Assembly: GCA_951406725.2 (NCBI GenBank)
Contig: OX597816.1
Span: 53,196,001-53,260,000, forward strand
Length of the DNA stretch: 64,000 nt
Direction of reading: 5' to 3'
From: Octopus vulgaris
Lineage: Eukaryota
Below the pieces are notes generated by a model, which was not told the origin of the DNA, searched no databases, and was given only the letters and a program-made list of their open reading frames with translations. A program made the translations under genes and the position numbers. This document shows positions 50,757 to 64,000 of the stretch, one piece after another. Numbering within the stretch: the stretch's first letter is position 1; every line of letters starts with the position of its first letter.

Positions 50757-52410
50757 TTAATGATACGAGCTCAATCATGTAGAAAAATAGTTATTAATAA
50801 AAAAAAAAGTTCTTATCATCACTTATATTAGTTTAATATCGGTATATTAATGCCAGTAGGACAATATTTTACTTTATGAAGATTTAAAATATTTAGTTGA
50901 TGAGATCCCTGTCAATTTTCTTCTGGTAGGTGATTGATGGATCTATCTGTTGCTTGGTCTAGCGCTAACATCAGAACCATGCTAAATGGTTGGTATTAGG
51001 AAAGGCACCCAGCTGTAGAAACCATGTCAAAGCAGACATAGAATCTGGTGGAGCCCTCTGGTTCATCTGTTTTTGTCAAACTGTCCAATCCATGCCAGCA
51101 TGGAAAAAAAGGATGTTCGATAATGATGATGATGATGATGATGAGTTTGTTTCAAGTATTCATGTCAGATCTCTGATCTAGTGATAACTTGATATCCTGG
51201 TATACAGCTTTCTACTTCAGCAGTCTTATGAATCATAGATTCTCCACCACCAACAACACCAGCCCTACCACCACTACAACCATCACCACCACCACCAGTC
51301 TCAGAAGCCCTTGCATAAAAACATCATGGGCACTGCCCTACCTCCTTTTTATAGAACCTAAAAGAAAAATTCACTCAACCATAAAATCAATTACTATCAG
51401 TAGACACATTAATGTAATTACTATTTATAATAATTACTATTTCATACAATTACTATTTCCCCCAAAAGTCTACGTCAGCATAATAATTATATTACAATTT
51501 TATACAGAAAAATGTAATTCAACAATTATTTGATTTCCATTAATTCTAAAAGTCTGTAAAAATTCTTTATCCTTCTAAATACATAAATGAGACTCTAAAA
51601 AAAACCAGCCAGCCAGCACACTGTTTCTGTTGTTTTTTTTTTCTCTAATTGTGATAAACAATAGAATTGTGTCATACTTAAATATTCAGTTAATAAGTAT
51701 TAAGTTTGTTTTTTTTTTTAATAATTAAATGGAATTGTTCAGCTCCCCTTCAACGATGCAATTTATCTGAAGACAAAGAAACAAAATGGAAAAACAAAAC
51801 AAAAAACTAACAAGCTTTATGTTCTAATTAATTATTCAGAAACAAAAGAGTCTTGAATATCTGTCAGACGGTTATCATTTTTATTCTTAAATCACCTGAG
51901 GATGTTTTCAATATGTATCCTATCATAACAGAAATACACCGAATATTAAATTTATGTAATCATAATGAAAGCTAAGGAAATATTTTGCAGTTTTTCTTTT
52001 ATATAAACTGCGTCTGTGTACACATGTACTTACATGAGGTGACACACTTGTGCATTTCAAGCTATCACAATTTGAAACATAACAGTAATACAAACTAACT
52101 TTATGTTGAGTCAATAAGATAACAAACGAGCATCTTCATGATTATACAGTCTACTAAAAATAGCAGCCAAATTTCTCTCAAAATCATTCTATCATCAAAA
52201 GGGAAAAGGATACAGTTAGATCAGTGCTACTCAAAGTGGTGCTCTGCTGACCAGTGCCGATCCGTGAGCCATCAGCTGCCGGTACATAGCAATTTTGCAG
52301 AAAAGAAACATAAAATGCTTATAAAATGCTTATGTAACATTATACTATTTGTTTACAACATAAATATAAGATAAAAAAAAATTGTCAACTTTTATTATAT
52401 TTATTATATA

Positions 52411-54019
52411 CAGTTGCGGCCAAAATGTTCAGAACAGCATTGTTTTAACGCCAGAAAAGTAGGTATAAGTTTTTATCAAAGTTGTTTTATATTCTATAAT
52501 TTTCACAGACAATAAATACGATATTAATTGTTATTGTCTGAGATTTTGGTGTAATTTGAGAGGATAATACAAAAGTTATGGATGATTTAGTAATTTACTG
52601 CAAAACCCATGGTGGCCAAAATAATCAGAACAGTTGCTTTTACTCCATGTTTTAGTATATTTAACCGGCGAACTCTAATGTTTTGAAGTTGTTTACGTGA
52701 CGGTTCGTGTACTAAACATTAGTAAGAATATCTGCAGTGTACTTTGTTAATATAATGCCACTTACTCCGTTATCAATTCGTCAGCAGATTATTAAGCTTC
52801 GAAAGAAGGATAATTTAAGTATTGGGTCAATTGCAAAGATTGTTAATAAGTCAAAAAGTGTTGTTCACGGTATTCTTAAGGTCTTCGATGATTGTGGTTT
52901 GTGTGAAGCAAGAAAGTCTACAGATAGACCAAGAAAAACGACCAAGAGAGAAGATCGTGCTATGGTAAAGTTGGTTAAAAAGGACAGATTTAAAACTGCT
53001 GCTGCTGTTTCTCAGGAAATGAGCATTGTACTGAAGAAAACGTTATCTCGAAAAACTTGTCCCATCGTTTAGTTGAACATAACCTACAAGCAAGATCACC
53101 AGCAGTGAAGCCACTGATCAGCTCCAAAAATAAAAAGTGTCATCTTACCTTTGCAACCGAACATGTGTTGTGGTCTCAAGAAAAATGGCAAACGGTGCAT
53201 TTCAGTGATGAATCTAAGTTTATGTTATTTGGCTCAGATGGGAAAAGTAGGTGAAAAATTGTCACCTAAATGCCTTAAGACTAGTGTTAAATTCGGTAGA
53301 GGAAGTGTCATAGTTTGGGGGATGATATCTGGTGATGGTGTGGGCCCTTTGGTGCGATTACATGGAAAGGTAAATGCAGGAGTTTATAAACAACTTGTAA
53401 AAGATCATGTCTTGCCTGTGCTGAGAAATTCAACTAAGTGACCACCCATATTCATGCAGGACAATGCCCCATATCACAAGGCTAAAGTGGTCATGAACTT
53501 CCTCAAGGCTGAAAAGGTTATTATTATGGATTGGCCTGCTCAAAATATATTCCACACATTGAAAATGTGTGGAATATTCTAGGAGAACGTTCGAAAGCCA
53601 GAAATCCCAAAATAACCGAGCAATTATGAAATGCCCTTCAGGAAGAATGGAATAAGATCACCTAGCAAGAAATTGAAAATTTAATTTCCTCATGCAGTCG
53701 AAGATGTCAAAGTGTGATTGAAGCTAAAAGGTTTCACACTAAATATTAAATAATTCCACTGTTCTCTGTCATTTTTGATTATTTTGTTATTTTTTCAACA
53801 GTTCTGATCATTTTGGCCGCCATGGGTTTTGCAGTAAATCACTAAATCATCCATAACTTTTGTATTATCCTCTCAAATTATACCAAAATCTCAGACAATA
53901 ACAATTAATATCGTATTTATTGTCTGTGAAAATTACAGAATATAAAACAACTTTGATAAAAACTTATACCTACTTTTCTGGCAAAAACAATGCCATTCTG
54001 AACATTTTGGCCGCAACTG
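52411..54019 (+). mobile_element. Full-length Tc1 transposon, IR/DR type
   Basis: TA TSD; ~225-bp TIRs each with two GGCCAAAAT..TCAGAA direct repeats; 1609 bp. Confidence 0.95.
52755..53749 (+). pseudogene. Inactivated Tc1 DD34E-type transposase
   Basis: HTH N-terminus, RPRK, VHFSDESKF, VIVWGMIS, IFMQDNAPYH, WPAQ..IENVW, HTKY*; frameshifts and internal stops. Confidence 0.93.
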
Positions 54020-54950
54020 TATATTGTGGAAGGTGTTTGTAAGCCATTTAAGAAACACACAAAATCCGTTTGGTTCACTTCAACATTTAAATTTAATTTG
54101 TCAAAATATTTTCGTCGCTTTGAGACCATGACCTGTTCACTGATGATATTCTGTGCTGCCGTAATTTTGTCAATGAACAGGTTGCAGTCTCAAAGTGACA
54201 AAAATATTCTGATAAATTAAATTTAAATGTTGAAGCGAATCTAACGGATTTTGTGTGTTTCTTAAATGGCTTATAAACACCTTCCACGCTGCAATTGTTT
54301 TCGTTCCAGCACACAATCTCAGATCAGGTCACTTGCTATGCAAGTACATCTCCGTAATTATATATATTGTTTCTGGTATAAATTGATATTATTAAGAAAC
54401 ATTACTGGTCCCTGGCACATTGGAAAAAAACTGCCAGTACGCCACATCAGATAGTTTGAAAAGCACTGCATTAGATAATGTAGTCCTAAGCAGCTTTATA
54501 AAGATGAGATTGATATGGCTGAAATACCTTTGATCATAGATCTGCTAGATCAAGGCTTTACCAGGGGTTAAAAAAACAACAACAACAGGCTTTTGTTGTG
54601 AAGAGCTTCTTGGAGATTATATCCTCAAAAGACCCTGAAGTCGAAATTTTATTATTGAGATTTTATGAATCAATAGCATTTTACATTGTGGAAGAGGTAT
54701 TTAATAATGCACAAAGCTGTTAAATTCACTTTAAATTTAAATTTATTTCACAGTGTGCCAGATTTGTGTGTTATTAAATGGCTTTTCCATGATGTAATCA
54801 CTTCAGTTTCAACACTTAGTCTCTGTACAATTCCCAAATATGATTTTGATTTAAATTTAGTTTTGGGTTTCTTTATTAATGGAATGGCATTCTTAAGCAT
54901 ATTAGCTAAAAATTTCCCTCCCATATGTATATATGATATCATGTATCTAT

Positions 54951-54985
<35 letters not shown>

Positions 54986-55329
54986 GATATGTGTGTGTGT
55001 GTGTGTATGTGTATACATATGACAGGAAATTGCGAGGATGATCCGGTTCTTAACTGAAGATTGAAGGCTTCGAATGTCCCGTCCGTGTTTTTTGTATAGT
55101 CTTCTAAATGTTTTACTTTCTTGTCCCAGTTTGGATTTTTTTACATTTACATATATATATAGTGGCGCCCGTACCCTTTTTGGTCTTATATGTAAGTACA
55201 TATTTCTTTAAAACATGGTACGATTCTATAACACTGTCTCTCTCTCCCTCCTCTCCTACATTTCTCTGCACATTAAAAAAACTCTTGTTTTTTTAATGTA
55301 TTCACACAAAATCAGGGGATAAACAAGTA

Positions 55330-56125
55330 CTTCATTTTTCCATATAGTCTCCTTCCTTTTTGATGTACTTGGTCCAGTGATCCACAAGCTTGCGTATTCC
55401 CTCCAAGAAGAAGGTTTTCAGTTGGTCATGCAACCATTTATGCATCAGCTCTTTAACATCTTCATCCGTATGAAATCAACAACCTCGTAAACCACCTTTG
55501 AGCAGTCTAAAGATATGATAGTTGGAAGGGGTGAGATCTGAGCTGTAGGCAAGGTGTTCCAGTACTTTAAAACCCAATTGGTTAATGGTTCCAATGTTCA
55601 GGGTGGCCATGTGTAGGCATGTATTGTCATGCAACAACAAAACTTTCTTCGACAATAGGCTTCGGTATTTGGTGCAAATTGCTGGCTTCAGTTTTTTGGC
55701 CAGCAAAGCATTGCATCTTGCACTGTTGATCGTACACCTCTTTTTCCAGATAGTCTTCCAGTATAGGCCCTTTTGAGTTCCAAAATAGGGTTAGTATTAC
55801 TTTCACTGTGGAAGACTGAGTCTTGAATTTCTTCATTGCTGGTGAACCAGGATGCCTCATTTCCATACTCTGCTTTTTGGATTCTGCCTCATAATGATGG
55901 ACTCATGTTTCGTCTCCTATGACCATTCTGCTCAAAAATTCCTCGCCCTCATGGTTATAGTGATCAAATAAATGTTAACAGACCTCAAGGCATTTGCATT
56001 TGTGCTCTGCAGTAAGCTCTCTTGGCACCCACCTTGCACAGACTTTATGGAGGGCGAGATCATGGATGATTTGATAAGCAGAACCATGACTAATCTGCAG
56101 AGAATGAGCTACCTCATCAATGATA
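55330..56125 (-). pseudogene. Degraded mariner (Mos1/Hsmar-like) transposase, truncated by a SINE
   Basis: GDET*VHHY, LFWNSKG, LLHDN, AYSSDLTPSNYHIF motifs. Confidence 0.88.
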
Positions 56126-57011
56126 ACTCACCAGTTCTTTCAGTTTCTGTCTACTATATCCACTCGCAAAGCTTTGGTCAGCCTGAGGCTATAATAGAAG
56201 ACACTTGTCCCAGGTGCCATGCAGTGAGGCTGAACTCAGAACCCTGTGATTAGAAACCAACTTCTTACCATATATACACACCTGCATGTATATATGTGTA
56301 TGTGTGTATACAAACACACATCATATATATATATATATATATATGAGGTGTATGTGTATATGTGTGTATGTATGTGTGTGTATATTTATCACATATACAA
56401 TACAGCATTTTTGCTGTGCTCTGAGGACCCTGCCATTTCCCCTGGGGCTGCCCAATAGGTATTTTACTATTACTTCATGATCAATGTTTTATCTTCAGGC
56501 AACACCACATGAGGCTTCACTTTTTAAGAGAAGCAAGAGATCATCCAAATTCACAATTCTTCCTGCATATTTTCTCAAACAGAAAATTTAATTCTGCAAA
56601 TATCTTGTCAAGATACCAAGAATAAAACAAAATAATTGATTTTTCACAGGTTACATGTAACAGCTACACTTTTGCAAATACAAGTAAAAATAATTTCAAA
56701 GCAAATTGAAATACAATCGAAACAAAATAAAATAATTTTGAAGCTAATTAAATCTTTGTTATAATTAAATAATGTCATAAAACCATATTTCCGATGTTTT
56801 TATTTAATGAGAATCAAATTACAGTTTAATTTTAAATGGCAACAATTCTTAAACAAGTTTGAAAATATCTTTCATAAGTTTATCTATTTGAATATAAAAA
56901 AAAACCAGTTATTCTGACTGTAAATGCATTCTTCCATCAAGATGATTTACTATAATCTATTGGGACACAGTCAATCTTCAAACATTGAAAGTTAATATTT
57001 TCAAAGATTAA

Positions 57012-57231
57012 CCCTTAAATATTTAAACCAGCGATATCTGGCTCAAATATTCCAACTATTTCATGTTCAAACTGGCAAGATTCAACCTCTTACACTTATC
57101 CTACAATGTCATTCTAAAGCTAAACAAACACACCATCGAAATCTCAAAGCTACAACATAATGCATGATTAATTCAAAACAATATGAATAAATAAGCTTTA
57201 CATTTAACAGAGTAATCTGAATGCTAAAGGG
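57012..57231. mobile_element. piggyBac-type MITE
   Basis: TTAA|CCCTT ... AAAGGG|TTAA. Confidence 0.7.
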
Positions 57232-57333
57232 TTAAGGCAGCAGTCCAATGATCATGGGCACAGTCCAATGATTGAAACAAACAAAAAAATAAAAGATAAA
57301 AGAAGAGGTATTGTTTTACTTTCCTCCAGTTTT

Positions 57334-57927
57334 ATTACCCCTGCCTTAGCAAAGGTCGAGGTATTGTTGTCAGTCGTGTTTGTTTGTTTGTGCATGGACA
57401 ACATATCTCAAGAACCAATGGGTTCGGATGAAACTTTCAGGGATGTTTGGCCTCGTGACTGGCACAAACTGATTAGATTTGGGATTGATCCGGTACCGCA
57501 CAAGGATTCTGGGTTATTCGTTATAATTACTTTACCTTACGTGATTACGATCTTATGTTAACTTTCAAGTCTTTCTCAATTATCTCTTTTTAGGCTGTAA
57601 CTATTTTGAATGGTAAATTTGTTAATTTTGGCTTGTATTAGACAAGGATAAACTATTTATTACAGTTTTACTAGATATTTTACAGCCACCTTCACATTCC
57701 ATGACTACCATTGGGACCGATCAGGTACCAGACAAGGATTCTGGATTATTTTTATGTTTTTTTTTACTTAATTTTTGAGAGTGGTCAGGTTCATTTTTAG
57801 TATTCTCGTTTGTGAGAGCAGTTGAGTTTATTTTAGATATTCTCATTTTAAAAATCACCTCTGGCTAATCGTTGAGAAGATGTTGGTGTTGCCTTGGTGG
57901 AGGTTTGTACTCTCTGAGTGCTCTTGT
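57334..57927 (+). mobile_element. Helentron-associated (HINE/DINE-like) non-autonomous element
   Basis: ATTACCCCTGCC start, (GTTT)n, sub-terminal inverted GGTGGAGGT and terminal hairpin GTACTC-TCT-GAGTGC, T-rich flanks. Confidence 0.6.
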
Positions 57928-57961
57928 CTTAATTTGTTTTCAGTTTATTTAATTTTCAGTA

Positions 57962-58354
57962 TACTCTTTTACTCTTTTATTTGTTTCAGTCATTTGACTG
58001 TGGCCATTCTGGAGCACCGCCTTTAGTCGAGCAAATCGACCCCAGGACTTATTCTTTGGATGCCTAGTACTTATTCTATCAGTCTCTTTTGCTGAACCAC
58101 TAAGTTACGGGTACATAAAAATACCACCATCAGTTGTCAAGCAATACTGGGGGGACAAACAGACACACAAACATACATATATACATATATACGACGGGCT
58201 TCTTTCAGTTTCCGTCTACCAAATCCACTCACAAGGCTTTGGTCGGCCCGAGGCTATAGTAGAAGACACTTGCCCAAGGTGCCACGCAGTGGGACGGAAT
58301 CCGAAACCATGTGGTTCGTAAGCAAGCTACCTACTACACAGCCACTCCTACGCC
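57962..58354 (-). mobile_element. SINE family A, full length
   Basis: High identity to other copies. Confidence 0.9.
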
Positions 58355-58940
58355 ATTCATTGCTTTGAGATCATTTCAATTTGTATCTGAAAAGGTACAA
58401 AGTGAAGTGAACTCGAGGGAAAAAAGTAAGTAAATAAAAACATAAAGAAAAGGCTGTGATAGCAGTTAACTGCAGCTAATACTGCAGGACTACATAACAT
58501 ACAAGGAAGAGCTTTCTTCATTATATCATTTTTGCTCCATAAAAATGTTGTAACAGACAGACAAATGACATATTTCTTTTGAATATTTGTTATATTTCAC
58601 ATAATGAGAGCAAGGTGGCAGAACCATTTCTGCTTTGCAGCATTTCTTCTGGTTCTTTATATTCTGAGTTCAAATCCTGCTGAGGTCAACTTTGCCTCTC
58701 CTCCTTTCAAGATCAATAAAATAAAGTACCAGTTGAACACTGGGGTTGATGTAATTGACTCATCACTTTCCAATCAAAATTACTGGACTTGAACCTTGCA
58801 ATGGATCAATGACCAGTTCAGGAAAATGTTTTTTGATCTTTATCACTTATAAGCGATGGAAACTGGCTAACCGGCTTAAGAAAAATGAAAAAATAAGTTA
58901 CTGCCGTGTGTGTATATGTGTGTGTAGGTGCTTGTGCCTC

Positions 58941-58974
<34 letters not shown>

Positions 58975-60171
58975 AAATGATGCACATGGTCAGTTCTAAG
59001 CAAAATCCATTGGAAAGTGTTTTAATTCAGTTTTAATCCTGGTTCCTCTTGAAGAGAAGCTTTTTGGCTCAAACTATTGTAAAAGGAAAAAATATTAAAG
59101 GTAATTCTTTTTGTAGTTCATTATATTATTCTTATTTTTTAAAAAAACCTGCATTGTCAGTACTTTTATTAAATTCAAAGTAAAACTTAGGAATCTAATT
59201 TTCAGTAAAACCCTGACTTGATAACTTTTCTACAAATAAGTGAAAACAATTATGTTATATTAAGTTTACTTACTCAATGAGTATCTTTGACTAAGTGCTC
59301 TTGAAGTAAACATACTTATGCTTGAGTGTGTGTGAGAGCATGATGTTTATACCATCTTAGAAACATTTCCAAATAGAAAGATGTTTACACAAACTGAAAC
59401 ATACCTTGACACAGGTAACTAAACAAAGAGATAAAGTTGCATTTTAAGACTGGCATCTTAAGTGTGCAGTGTCAAAATGGTTAACCTTTAGGACCATGAA
59501 GACTAGGATCATAGCTTTCAATGGGTCTATTGGTAAAACCGTTGTGTAGTATAAGCTACATATATTATTTTGCTACCTCAGTCAACCATGTAAAGAATGA
59601 TGCCAATATGGGTGGCTCTATATGGTCAGTGAATTCACACAGCCTAAAGGTTAGAGTGTCCAGCTCATGATCATAAAGTCATGAGGTCAATTCTTGGATC
59701 AGACACTGTGTTCTTCAGCAAGGCACTCCAGTGCATGCTGCTCAAATCAACTCAACTGTAAAGGGCTGTAGCCAGGTGTTGGTGTAGTAATCTCTCCCTC
59801 CATCTATCACATCCAAGCTATTCTGTAGGATCAAATATGAGAGGTTTGATAGGGTATGTATTTAATTGCGATTGCATAGGTACCTAAAACAATTAGTAAA
59901 AATATGGTCTATGTTAGTAAGCTATATTCACTAATGAGTGATGGTTGGTTGCACTGCTAACTCTGAATGATCACTCAAACTAACAAAAATAGCAACTCAA
60001 TCTCCTTCAAATCAAATCACACGTTACTGTCTTAAAAAAGGACAGATATAGTCTCTGATACAGTATGTCCGTAAAACTGATGATGACAGGATGATGACTG
60101 CTTAAATGCCTTTGACCACTGGTGTACTCAATTGTATTTTACCTAGGACTTAACAATATCTTATGTATAGA

Positions 60172-60615
60172 CTAGCAGTATAGCCCAGTATTGCTCAGGT
60201 TTGTCTTTTAGTTGCACTTAAAATGGCAGACTTTGATGTCATGTTAACAAAGTTTTGATATAGTTTCAATCTTTTTTGAAAAATAAAAGTTTTGCATTAT
60301 GTAGCTTGTTATTCTCTTTAAGTGAACATTTTTCTGGTTGAAATACACAGAAAAATGGTGACACAGCGGTAAAAAAATCGTAAAAAATACGGATTTTCAT
60401 AGTAAAAAAGCACCTTTTTGATGTAAATAATTTTTGGTGTTAACATGGTCCGATTTGAATTTTTTCTCCTACAGAATGAAGAGCAAGCCTTCTATCATAC
60501 CCTCAATTTTGGTCAACTTGCACTGCAGGGTCTCAGAGGAGATAGTGTTAGTTTAAGGCTACTAAACCTGCCACACACACACACACACAGACAACTTCAG
60601 CTTTATATGTATAGA
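60172..60615 (-). mobile_element. Non-autonomous Helitron
   Basis: Minus strand starts TC, ends with imperfect hairpin and CTAG, inserted between host A and T, no TSD. Confidence 0.75.
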
Positions 60616-61111
60616 TTTGCTTGCTGTCACAATTCTTATAAATACTTGAATTTCTTTCACTATTCAACCAATATTTTTTTTTAATTAAATAAAATCGAAA
60701 ATGAGACTAAAACAACTTCATATGTTTACATTGCTCTCAAGAAGCTTTTTCATTTCAACACAGCCAGAGTATCTATAGTTTATCTCAATAGCCTATAGGG
60801 TGATGGACTGGCAGAAGTGGTAGAATGGTCATTAAAAAGCAATAATATTTTTTAGTCTCTTTATAGTCTGAGTTCAAATCCTGCCTAAGTCAGACTGGGG
60901 TCTTTCCCCATTCCAAGGAAAAAACCCAATCAGTAAGTGTGAGTTTAGTACTAAGGATCGCTTAATCGGGAAAAGTGTGGCTCCTAGGTTAAGATTTGCT
61001 TCACAACCATGTGATTGTGGATTCAGTCCCACTGAGGAGTGCCTTGAGTATGTGTCTATTAAAATAACCTGGAGTGGAATTTAGTCAGCAGAAAACATGT
61101 AGAAGTCAAAA

Positions 61112-61166
<55 letters not shown>

Positions 61167-63869
61167 TATATTTATAAATGTATGTATATATATTTACACA
61201 TGTACAAATAAGTGTATGAATCCATTTATTTGTTGTTGGTGTATAACAATAAAGGCTGTAAACATGAGCAAGAAAACCACAAAAACTTTCACATCAAAGT
61301 CCTTTGCAGTATTGTTCTGCACCAAGTTATAGACACTCCCTTATTACTATCACCATAATAAATGCAGTGAACCAATGATAGGTTTGTCAGAAATCTGAAG
61401 CATAATGCTCTCCAAATGTGATACAAATGAAAATTTTAAAAATAAATAATTGAATGTAACTTTTCCAAAAAATATTTCTAGTTTTGACACTTTTAGAAAT
61501 GATATTTATAGATTGTGTGTATGGAATTTAACAGTCATCACGACCCTAAGTTAGTATTTCTTATAGTTTGGTAGTATACTGGCAAACAGAATAACTAATT
61601 AAAAGAAAAAGAAATATAATATTATTTATATTCAATTTAATTTGTGAAGTGATTCTTATGAATTTTAGAATTATTTCTTCTCATTAAGTTATTATAAAAC
61701 AAAAGTGTTAAAGATGTAATTTGATTTACAGAATTATTTGACACCAATGCTAGATATAAAAATGGAACTAGCAGAGTACTCATCAAAGAACTTGGAGTCC
61801 ATATGAAGTGGGTGATAAATGTTTCTATTGACTCCCCCAACAAGAGGCACCAAAATGGAATGGTGGTATAATTTAGAAGCGCCTTTATAGGATTGAGGAA
61901 TGGTTCAAACCATAAGTTACAAGTTGGTTTACTCATGATCAGATTCCTCTTGTTGTTTGAATGATTTAAGAAATAAAACAAAGGGCATACAAGATTGGGT
62001 AAAAAAGCAGAAATATTTGATATAAACTCAATAATAATAATAATAATAATAATAATTAATACAATGTATCAGTCTTTCACACACTCACCTATATCCAGTT
62101 GTGAATTCATGTACTTTACAAAAGTTATTTGATGTAAACTGTATTATTGACATGGCACTAACAGAACACAGCAATATAACCATTTTAGTTTTGTATACTT
62201 AGATACTCATTGTTAACATATCAGCCACTTTACAGTAGCTAATTGCAAGTTTAGCAGAAAACCTAAAATGAAGCTTCAAACGGATTAATACTGTTTTATG
62301 TGTGGAACATAGCCTGTACAGGAGAACAATAGTAAGAGAAAGTATGGCTTTGTGATTTCTAAAACAACATACTAACTTTTGAAGCAGATTAATTAGAAAA
62401 ATTATTTCTTTAATGTGGGGATTCTGGTGTACAAATAGAATTCGCAGCTTTTGATTATTCATCTGATTTGATTGGAAAACTTTGTTACTAATAAAGATCA
62501 AAGACTTCTTCTGTGACAACTCTATTATTCACAAACAGCAAAACATTTTTCACAGATAAAACTTGAACCTCACATTTGAAGCTACAATGTTCTCAATTTT
62601 ATATTGCTCGGTCCTTCCATTTGGAAGAAACATGATTTATTCCAATCAGAAAAACTTGAACATCTAATTGAACATTAATACATGTGGTGGAAATAATATG
62701 TAACTGTGCATATTAGGTATACAAAAAGCAAATGAAAGAAAGACGAATAGTTATCGATAGGAAATATATTTTGATTTATCTTTGGAAGTTTACCTGCTTT
62801 CTTGAAGCAAAACTTAAGATTACATGTGATTTCTCATTAATGTCAGAAAAGTCAAAATATATACAAAGCATAAGGGAGAAATTAGTTCTGTAAACTTGGA
62901 TAATTTGCGATAAACATATCCTAGTTAACAAACATTACGCTTTCAACTTTATCAAGATTGCGGCATAAATCATTTCTGACTGTCTCAAAGACATTCTTTA
63001 ACAAAATTCCTTTGTTTCACTGAAATTTGGCAAGCTATCCAGAAATAGGTAATGTGATCTTGCTTGACATGTTTAAGGTGAAGAATAGAGAAAATTGAAA
63101 TAAATGAACACTGATAAATCACATCGTGAAATTCTCCACTCTGTTATCAAAATTCAGCTAAAGCTCTAATTTGCAACAGAATATAAAGAGAAGATAGAGA
63201 AGATCATTGAAGAAAGACAATGACCTGGAGTCAGAACTACTGTGATAATTTCATACTGTTTTCTGAGTTTCTATAGATAACATTACTTGGTGTATTTAAA
63301 AATAGTTCTGTGTAGGAGGCTATCTTACACTAACTAAAGATTCCCGATTAAAAGAAAACAAAGAATAAATGTAAAAATATTCAAGAAAAGAAAGCAGAGA
63401 TTTACAAATATTTATCTTTTTTTATTGTCAAATAGCTTTTTCATTAACTTATATTCTTTAATCAAATGCAATTATTCCCTGAGAAATTAGGGAAAACAAT
63501 TTCAGTTGGAAACATAGCCAGAATAGTTAGTGTATTTGTTTGTTCATCAAATATCTATGTTTTTTTTTGTTCTTGTTTTTTTGTTTTTTTTTTCCATGTT
63601 TACATGGTTTGGATTGGGACTTATTTAAGGTAGGATTTTATGACTGGATGCTCTTCCTGCTGTTAATCTTGTTTTTCAGGTACAGGAAATTTTATTCATA
63701 AGTATTTGGAAGCACAGAGTGACTAGTAATAATGTCAACAATGAATGGCAATATCTGAAACGGCTTCACTCAGGCAGTGACAAACAAAAGAAGCCTTGGA
63801 ATATCAATATTTGCAGAAATGCACAAATAAATACACACACATCATCTTACAGACGGGCTTCTATACACT

Positions 63870-64000
63870 TTCTTATTTCTTTATTGCCCACAAAGGGCTA
63901 AACACAGAGAGGACAAACAAGGACAAACAAACGGATTAAGTCGATTATATCGACCCCAGTGTGTAACTGGTACTTAATTTATCAACCCCGAAAGGATGAA
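63870..64000 (-). mobile_element. SINE family B, cut by window end
   Basis: Matches 32318-32450. Confidence 0.85.

Larger units (their letters stand above)
52222..54468. mobile_element. Non-autonomous hAT (Charlie-like) element split by the Tc1 insertion
   Basis: CAGTGCTACTCAAA ... TTTGAAAAGCACTG termini; 8-bp flanks AGTTAGAT / CATTAGAT; internal palindrome 54026-54287. Confidence 0.7.

Noticed and set aside
55021-55075. GAAA...stem-loop...CTGAAGA arrangement resembling a type II hammerhead
   Set aside because: No stem III/UH site and no stem II partner in this truncated copy

Overview
AT-rich, repeat-saturated animal genomic DNA. The SINE and microsatellite landscape looks like an octopus (coleoid cephalopod) genome, which is my inference and not verified. 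Nearly all ORFs in the track are microsatellite or SINE read-throughs. Supported content: (i) a probable 5' end of a minus-strand gene, with a promoter-like island near 13.3 kb, a non-coding exon, and a first coding exon encoding MGNQHSSKRCQC..., an N-myristoylation-type start; (ii) at least four SINE families in dozens of copies; (iii) a full-length but dead IR/DR Tc1 transposon nested in a hAT element nested in another repeat, plus a mariner relic, Tc1 and piggyBac MITEs, a Helitron, a Helentron-type element, CR1-like LINE pieces and a Penelope GIY-YIG relic; (iv) several local duplications and long palindromes. Most notable is a set of hammerhead-ribozyme motifs in different retroelement contexts: an intact-core type I at 29587-29659, an intact-core type II-topology motif inside an 841-bp-period greater-than-unit-length retrozyme-like element at 5089-6088, and a tRNA-headed element with a decayed minimal hammerhead near 27.2-27.46 kb. 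Also notable is a LINE 3' UTR that shares a covarying stem-loop tail with the dominant SINE, pointing to its likely mobilising partner. Coordinates were counted by eye and diverged repeat boundaries are approximate.
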